A stretch of DNA of 32,000 nucleotides from Trichodesmium erythraeum IMS101 (GTDB lineage Bacteria > Cyanobacteriota > Cyanobacteriia > Cyanobacteriales > Microcoleaceae), in the NCBI RefSeq assembly GCF_000014265.1, contig NC_008312.1:3630001-3662000 (forward strand), given 5' to 3'. The translations under genes and the position numbers were made by a program. Within the stretch, counting starts at the first letter, position 1. Each line of letters begins with the position of its first letter. Shown here piece after piece: positions 26,341-32,000 of the stretch. Under the pieces are notes generated by a model. That model did no database searches. It was not told where the DNA came from and saw nothing but the letters and a program-made list of their open reading frames with translations.

Positions 26341-26440
26341 ATTTTCAGACGACTTAGCTCCGGGAGCTCAAACTCAATAGGAGCTAATAAAATTTCAGAC
26401 AACCTAGCCCCGGGAGCCCAAACTCAATAGGAGCTAAAAT
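26341..26440. repeat. 50-bp tandem duplication (2 copies, ~6 mismatches), each with a short palindrome
   Basis: attttcagacgacttagctccgggagctcaaactcaataggagctaataa is followed by aatttcagacaacctagccccgggagcccaaactcaataggagctaaaat. Copy 1 contains the palindrome agctcc-g-ggagct. The array starts 10 nt beyond the PP2C stop. Confidence 0.85.
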
Positions 26441-26449
26441 ATAATAACT

Positions 26450-27214
26450 TTAACCATACCGTGCCAACAATAAAGTCAAATCATCATCAGTCCTCCCCGT
26501 TACCTTTGGCGAGCGCAAAAAATCCTCCAACTGCTTATTTGCCTCTTCTTCATTAGTAACCACCGTCATAAACTTAAACAAAGGAGCAAAAAACGGACTA
26601 TGAGGCAACCCCATTGGCATTTTCAAAGCTAACATTTGCAACCCATCCGAAAAAATTGCTAAATGAACAAGTTTTCCTCGCCATATATTCACCTGAGCAT
26701 TTTCTACACCTTGCTCTGAAATCAAAAAAGTTGTCTCATTAACATGTTCTCCAGTCTGAGGTGATGTCACTGGAAAAATATTCTCCTCTCCATCCCCTAC
26801 AACTGCTGCACCATCTCCCACTTGAGCAGCAATAGCAAACTCTGGTGTTGCCACCACCAAAATCAAAGTTGCAGCCAACTCCCGCCCCTCAACCTCTCTA
26901 ACCCGAGACTCAGCCAAAACAGCATTTTTCGCCGCCTTCAAAGTATCAACTAACAAAAATTGCCAACCAACATCATCTACTGGCAACAACTTTTGTTGGG
27001 AAATAGCCTCTACTGCAACACCAACAGCTATTTTAGCACCAACATCTCCCAAGTTAGACGAACCTGCACCATCAGCAACAGCAGCAACTAAAATTCCCTC
27101 CGGCAAAATCTGCCAATGATGTGCATCCTGACATAGTTGTCCCCGTTTCTCGTGACTCTTACCCGCCACTGATACCGATATCACTCGCCACTTAATTTCT
27201 GCTTCTATTGACAT
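26450..27214 (-). CDS. PP2C-family Ser/Thr protein phosphatase (stand-alone, bacterial type)
   Basis: 254 aa. ISVSVAGKSHEKRGQLCQDAHHW...VAAVADGAGSSNLGDVGAKIA...TLILVV...AAQVGDGAAVV...IFSDGL...TDDDLTLL follows the PP2C metal-binding Asp pattern (DG-x-G, GD-G, SDG, DD-x-T). Confidence 0.75.
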   Translation of the reverse strand: MSIEAEIKWRVISVSVAGKSHEKRGQLCQDAHHWQILPEGILVAAVADGAGSSNLGDVGAKIAVGVAVEAISQQKLLPVDDVGWQFLLVDTLKAAKNAVLAESRVREVEGRELAATLILVVATPEFAIAAQVGDGAAVVGDGEENIFPVTSPQTGEHVNETTFLISEQGVENAQVNIWRGKLVHLAIFSDGLQMLALKMPMGLPHSPFFAPLFKFMTVVTNEEEANKQLEDFLRSPKVTGRTDDDLTLLLARYG

Positions 27215-27259
27215 AACCTAATATTTACCAAACTTTTTTTTTCTTCAATGCACTAATTT

Positions 27260-27373
27260 AAGACTTACACACCCATAAAGTAACTCTGTCATTGCTGGGG
27301 AAAACACTTACAAAGCAGTCTGTAAAGATAGTAACCTCAAGTGGCCATAACTTTTTCCCAATGCGTAAGTCCA
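27260..27373. repeat. MITE-like element with GACTTAC...GTAAGTC terminal inverted repeats
   Basis: aagacttacac (27260-27270) pairs with gcgtaagtcca (27363-27373). It occupies the spacer between the vWA and PP2C genes. Confidence 0.5.
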
Positions 27374-27637
27374 GCAATTGTTAATGAAAACTGCTATCAT
27401 GACCACAGACAGATAAAATGGTGAAATAAGCCTAAGTTAGGTAACATCGAAAGTAGTAATATCCCACCAAAGTAACCCAAGCACAAAAAAAAGGTCTGTT
27501 GGGTTTAACTTCGCTCTACAAGGGTCTACATTGTTAAGTGTATCAGTCCAATAATGCTTGACATTCCAAATTTTAGCTCCAGATCCCAGTTTCTATATAA
27601 GTTCTGTTTATATAACTTTTTCTTCTTCCTTTCATAA

Positions 27638-28300
27638 TTAAACTGCTCCCCATCCAGGAGGAGGTAGGGCGACTTGTTCGTCAACTTTAGAATGAGAAAC
27701 TTGCTGCATACTAGCAGATAGCCAAATAAACATTTCTCGAAAATTAAGTCCTCTCAGTTTTAGGGGCGTTCTCTGAACTATTTCCCCCAACTTATCCATA
27801 TTTGCTCCTTCCACACCCACTGCAAAGAAGGCAACATGCTTGTTATCCTCCTCCTGTTTAATGCGATCGCCAGCTTCTTTGAAAACTTTTTCTGATTCTC
27901 CTTGAGGTTCACCATCAGTAATCAAAAATACCCAAGGTCGATAATAAGTTATACCATTATTCCGATATTCTGACTTCCGGGCAGCAATCATATCTAGAGC
28001 TTTATGAATGGCAGTACCCATATAAGTTTGTCCTTGGGCCGTTAATATTGGATTTTCAAATTGGTCAGCGGTAATAAAGTCTTGGACAATTTTCACCTGA
28101 TTATCAAAAGAAATAATAGCAACCTCTACCCGTTTTTTAGCCAAGTCATCAGTAATTAAATTATCTCTAAAAGTTTCCAACCCATCATTTAAAGCTTTAA
28201 TAGGTGTGCCCGTCATTGATGCCGAAGTATCTAATAGTAACACACAAGGGCAACGAGGTTCGGGATTTTCTGCAAATTCTACTAATTCATCAAGTCTCAT
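27638..28300 (-). CDS. von Willebrand factor A (vWA) domain protein, TerY-like
   Basis: 220 aa. It has the MIDAS motif LLLDTSASMTG, then a vWA fold pattern (VEVAIISFDNQV...GQTYMGTAIHKALDMI...PWVFLITDGEPQG). The size and N-terminus (RLDELVEFAENPEPRCPCVLLLD) resemble TerY-type vWA proteins. Confidence 0.8.
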   Translation of the reverse strand: MRLDELVEFAENPEPRCPCVLLLDTSASMTGTPIKALNDGLETFRDNLITDDLAKKRVEVAIISFDNQVKIVQDFITADQFENPILTAQGQTYMGTAIHKALDMIAARKSEYRNNGITYYRPWVFLITDGEPQGESEKVFKEAGDRIKQEEDNKHVAFFAVGVEGANMDKLGEIVQRTPLKLRGLNFREMFIWLSASMQQVSHSKVDEQVALPPPGWGAV

Positions 28301-28580
28301 ATTAATTTTGTTTTGGGTTATGTTATTTTCTGATTTTTGTCTCTGATTCTGAGACTTTAGTTCTACAATATTAAACGAATATTATCTTTTTTTATTAGTG
28401 GTAACAAATATTTTAATAATACTTGGGCTACTTTTTTAATCTTAACTAGAGAATTTAGGTTACCTCCAATTGATAAATTACACTCAGGACAATTATGCTC
28501 TCAAAAAGAAAAATGGTTTTTTGATTTTCAAGAACATTCTACTAAATTCAGTTTTTATTTTATGAGGTTTAACCTCAACT

Positions 28581-28616
28581 ACTAAAAAGCCAGACTCAAA
28601 CAGCTGGCTTTTTAGT
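28581..28616. terminator. Perfect 13-bp hairpin, bidirectional intrinsic-terminator-like
   Basis: actaaaaagccag (28581-28593) and ctggctttttagt (28604-28616) are exact reverse complements around a 10-nt loop. The core GCCAG/CTGGC stem is followed by T5 on both strands. It sits in a 1.27-kb ORF-free region. Confidence 0.4.
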
Positions 28617-29309
28617 AATTGATTTAATTGACCCCTGTAGCTAATTTAGACTTAGCCTCAGTTTTGATATTCAATTTTTTTTTACTGCAATCATGTCATA
28701 TTTAGATATAACAAAACCCATGCTAGCAAAGCACATCTTTAAACCTCAAAAGCTTGTTTATCAAAGCTTTTAGTGTTTCTAATTTAAGTAGTAACTGCTA
28801 TAATAATTAGTTAGCAGTTTTAAAATTAAATCTTTTATAGTATCAGCTAATTTTTTATATTTTTTAGCTAATTATTTAATTATTTTTTGTCTAGATTTAC
28901 TGTCTTTTTTTTATTCTAGATATTTTCCTTTGAACTGACTTAAGTTTTCTTTTTTGACCTTCTCAAATATTTAGGTTCAGGTCAGAACCAATACTTGAAA
29001 TTACAAATAAATCTATTAAGCCTAAATCTACACCGATTATTTTATCTTGTTTTATATCTGGTTTCATTTCTAGCACGGACTTATATTCTCAACTCAAAGT
29101 TACAAACAAGACCATTAGATTTCCTAGTAATTGATGTAGTTTTAATTACAAATATGTCTAGTAAGACTCTATTAACAATTACCTTTACATGACCTATCTT
29201 AGATAATTGAACTCTGTTACTTACAACCAAGATGTTGTTGAAACTGAGAATAAGTAAATCTCTTCTCGTGATTCAGATTAAGTCAGAAAACCTTAGCCTA
29301 GCAAAATCT

Positions 29310-29398
29310 TGATCAGACTTATGAGCTTTAAGCCATCTATAGAATAGATATTTTACCCGGCGTATTAAAACCGGGTTAATTTGTGTAAGTCTGATCAG
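29310..29398. repeat. MITE-like element with TGATCAGACTTA...TAAGTCTGATCA terminal inverted repeats
   Basis: tgatcagacttat (29310-29322) pairs with gtaagtctgatca (29386-29398). An inner hairpin is present (acccgg...ccgggt). Confidence 0.55.
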
Positions 29399-29572
29399 GC
29401 AGGAATGCAGCAGCTACATTTGAGGTAAGCGACTAGCAGACAGGATGCTCGTACTACAGAAGCTTGAAAGTTAATACTTATACCTGAGATACTTAGAATC
29501 TACTGTAAGTATAAATGTATAAATATGTTATTATTTATTCCTAACTTCTGAGTCTTGACTTCTAACTCCTGA

Positions 29573-29785
29573 CTACTTTCTTAGCAATAACTTTTCAGTT
29601 AATTCCTCTTCATCCTCTTCACCCCAGTTTTCCAGCCAATCTCCATCAATATTTTCGACATATAAACTAACATGATTAATACCCCAAGTTAGTCGATCTT
29701 CTTGCAAATTTTGGACAGCTTGAAAAGCTTGCCAAGCTTTTTCTAAACGTTCTTTATTTGATAGAGTTGTGCCAGTTGTTACCAT
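29573..29785 (-). CDS. Hypothetical small acidic protein (70 aa)
   Basis: ATG-initiated ORF, co-oriented with and 75 nt downstream of the 231-aa ORF. The C-terminus is acidic (DGDWLENWGEEDEEELTEK). I recognise no family. Confidence 0.4.
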   Translation of the reverse strand: MVTTGTTLSNKERLEKAWQAFQAVQNLQEDRLTWGINHVSLYVENIDGDWLENWGEEDEEELTEKLLLRK

Positions 29786-29860
29786 ATATCCTGCCTACTG
29801 TTAAAATGTATAGTTTTATTTTCCAAAATGAAGCAAAACTCAATAGGAATAGATCAATTC

Positions 29861-30556
29861 CTATCTAAAACAAAACTTAATGTATTTAGCCTCCTTTAAA
29901 TGTTTGCTGTTATGCAGAATGAGATTTACTAATTGAATAACAGATCTATCTTGACTTGGGTTATAACTAACAAAAATACCCCGTCTAATTTTCCATTGTT
30001 GCAATGTATCTTTCCATTCTTTATATTTATAATTACAAAATTCACCTGATATAGTAGTGAGTTGTACACAAAGAGGTTTACCTGTGTTACTACTTACAAT
30101 TACATCTGTTGCCATCGACAAATCTGCAATATAACGATGTACAACAAAACCATCACGACTTTTAATTTGACGGGCGATAGACTCTATTAATTGAGCATCT
30201 TTTTGATTAAACTCTCCTGATCTTAACTTTTGTTTCCATATATAGAATTTATGGTCATTTTTATTAAACCATTTTGGAAAAAGACTTTCATACCAGTATG
30301 TAATTGGAGATGGAAGGTGCTGCAAAAATATTTGTCTTTCTTCATTTGTTAAAGATTGTAATTTTAACCAAAATTCTCCATCCTTAATTAATTCTAATAA
30401 AAACCCTACTAAAAGCCTCTTTTGAGTTAGTGAGCCTGGTCTTATATCTTTAATCCAACGCCTGACTTCATCTAACCTCTGGGCTAAAGCAGGTTCGGTT
30501 GACCAGGCAAGACGGCTAAGTTGTTTTAGCTTAGGCTCGATTTCTCTTGCTTGCAA
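29861..30556 (-). CDS. Hypothetical protein (231 aa), unknown family
   Basis: It starts at TTG with GGAGGG 5 nt upstream. No in-frame ATG occurs for ~145 codons. The composition looks like a globular protein. I recognise no family. Confidence 0.55.
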   Translation of the reverse strand: MQAREIEPKLKQLSRLAWSTEPALAQRLDEVRRWIKDIRPGSLTQKRLLVGFLLELIKDGEFWLKLQSLTNEERQIFLQHLPSPITYWYESLFPKWFNKNDHKFYIWKQKLRSGEFNQKDAQLIESIARQIKSRDGFVVHRYIADLSMATDVIVSSNTGKPLCVQLTTISGEFCNYKYKEWKDTLQQWKIRRGIFVSYNPSQDRSVIQLVNLILHNSKHLKEAKYIKFCFR

Positions 30557-30871
30557 TCACCCTCCTACATCAGACCCATTATAAGAATCTTTAAAAACTC
30601 TTATATTATAACTTATATTGTAGCGGTTGATTCTTAATGTTAAGGATATTAACAAACTATAAAAGATCAAAATATTGTCTTTAAAGACATCTGTAGTAAT
30701 AATACATGATCATCTATTGACTAATTTCATTTTAAGTGGTATAGAACCTTCAATACAACTACAATAAGATTGCACATATAAATCTTAAGGCGGCTTAAAA
30801 AAAATAAAGATTCTTATGTTCATTCTAGGTTCACAATAATTATTAGCAGTAACTATAAATACAGAAAAGCA

Positions 30872-32000
30872 ATGTCAGAATTAACTATTGAATCAATCTT
30901 ACAAGAAAAACGTCTTTTCCAACCACCAGAAAAATTTGTCCAAACGGCCCAAATTAAAGGTATAGAGCAATACAAGGAACTCTACGAAAAAGCTAAAAGT
31001 AACCCAGAAGAATTTTGGGCAGAATTAGCTGAAACAGAATTAGACTGGTTCCAAAAATGGGACAAAGTTCTTGAGTGGCAACCACCCTTTGCAAAATGGT
31101 TTATTAATGGCAAAATTAATATCTCTTATAACTGTCTAGATCGTCACCTTACTACCTGGCGAAGGAACAAAGCAGCCCTAATATGGGAAGGAGAACCAGG
31201 AGACTCTCGCACTATAACCTATGCTCAACTGCATCGAGAAGTATGTCAAATGGCAAATGTCTTTAAGCAATTAGGAGTAAAAAAAGGCGATCGCGTCGGT
31301 ATCTACATGCCCATGATTCCTGAAGCAGCGATCGCCATGTTAGCTTGTGCAAGAATTGGCGCCCCCCATACTGTCGTCTTTGGTGGATTCAGTGCTGATG
31401 CCCTCAAAAACCGCCTTGTTGATGCTGAAGCAAAATTAGTCGTCACTGCCGATGGAGGTTGGCGCAAAGATGCCATTGTTCCTCTCAAAGAACAAGTCGA
31501 CAAAGCACTCATGGCAGGTGCCCCTAGTGTAGAAAATGTTCTAGTTGTCAAACGTACTGCCCAAAAAATTCAGATGGAACCAGGGCGCGACCATTGGTGG
31601 CACGACCTTCAAAAAAGTGCTTCCGGGGAATGCCCAGCGGAACCAATGGATAGTGAAGATATGCTATTTATCCTTTACACAAGTGGCACAACAGGTACAC
31701 CCAAAGGAGTAGTACACACCACAGGTGGTTATAACCTTTATACTCACGTTACTAATAAATGGGCATTTGACTTACAAGACACAGATGTATATTGGTGTAC
31801 TGCTGATGTAGGATGGATTACAGGCCATAGTTATATTGTCTACGGTCCCCTCTCTAACGGTGCCACTACCCTTATGTATGAAGGGGCACCACGGGCATCT
31901 AATCCCGGTTGTCTCTGGGATGTAGTCGAAAAATATGGCGTCACCATCTTCTACACCGCCCCCACTGCAATTAGAGCATTAATGAAAATGGGAGAACAAC
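30872..32000 (+). CDS. acs: Acetyl-CoA synthetase (AMP-forming), 5' two-thirds; runs off the right edge
   Basis: My translation from the ATG at 30872 reads [22 protein letters not shown]...[18 protein letters not shown]...[23 protein letters not shown]...[22 protein letters not shown]...[20 protein letters not shown]. These are canonical Acs motifs. It is not in the ORF track because it has no stop. Confidence 0.93.
   Translation, partial: MSELTIESILQEKRLFQPPEKFVQTAQIKGIEQYKELYEKAKSNPEEFWAELAETELDWFQKWDKVLEWQPPFAKWFINGKINISYNCLDRHLTTWRRNKAALIWEGEPGDSRTITYAQLHREVCQMANVFKQLGVKKGDRVGIYMPMIPEAAIAMLACARIGAPHTVVFGGFSADALKNRLVDAEAKLVVTADGGWRKDAIVPLKEQVDKALMAGAPSVENVLVVKRTAQKIQMEPGRDHWWHDLQKSASGECPAEPMDSEDMLFILYTSGTTGTPKGVVHTTGGYNLYTHVTNKWAFDLQDTDVYWCTADVGWITGHSYIVYGPLSNGATTLMYEGAPRASNPGCLWDVVEKYGVTIFYTAPTAIRALMKMGEQ

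Noticed and set aside
26184-26402. 72-aa minus-strand ORF downstream of the PP2C gene
   Set aside because: Its 5' end is built from the 50-bp tandem duplication, and the same frame continues through two stop codons. It is more likely a remnant than a gene. It is discussed under the vWA/PP2C finding.
28995-29192. 65-aa plus-strand ORF
   Set aside because: It has a non-ATG start and is an AT-rich, Leu/Ile/Asn-rich low-complexity translation of intergenic DNA.
31303-31551. 82-aa ORF antisense to acs
   Set aside because: It is a shadow ORF.

Overview
This window is a cyanobacterial chromosome segment, probably from a heterocystous Nostocales-type organism. The evidence is many HIP1 GCGATCGC sites, STRR heptamer arrays, GACTTAC...GTAAGTC hairpin repeats and a XisI gene fragment. 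Ordinary genes frame the window: a trypsin-like lipoprotein (partial), COP23, a coiled-coil membrane protein, mgtE, a cation/proton antiporter fused to a USP domain, aspS, lysS and acs (partial). The main feature lies between aspS and lysS (about 10.6-23.1 kb). It is a complete but fragmented cyanobactin (patellamide-class RiPP) gene cluster full of IS debris. It contains a PatD-type heterocyclase (-), a stand-alone azoline oxidase (+), a PatA-type protease (+), a PatG-type macrocyclase without an oxidase domain (+), and two small ORFs in the PatB/PatC position and order (-). A 67-aa PatE-like precursor (-) has the predicted single core GDGLHPRLCSC, which is unusually polar and ends in a contiguous Cys-Ser-Cys. 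The precursor gene is bracketed by ~205-219 bp direct repeats derived from the 3' part of a frameshifted IS200-like (Y1/HUH) transposase. A DUF433/DUF5615 toxin-antitoxin pair and remnants of other mobile or excision genes are interspersed: IS630-like, XisI, and possibly TnpB-like and IS1-like. The right part carries a TerY-like vWA + PP2C phosphatase pair with no kinase, a two-gene module of unknown function, and long AT-rich non-coding stretches. I recognised no rRNA, tRNA or CRISPR array.
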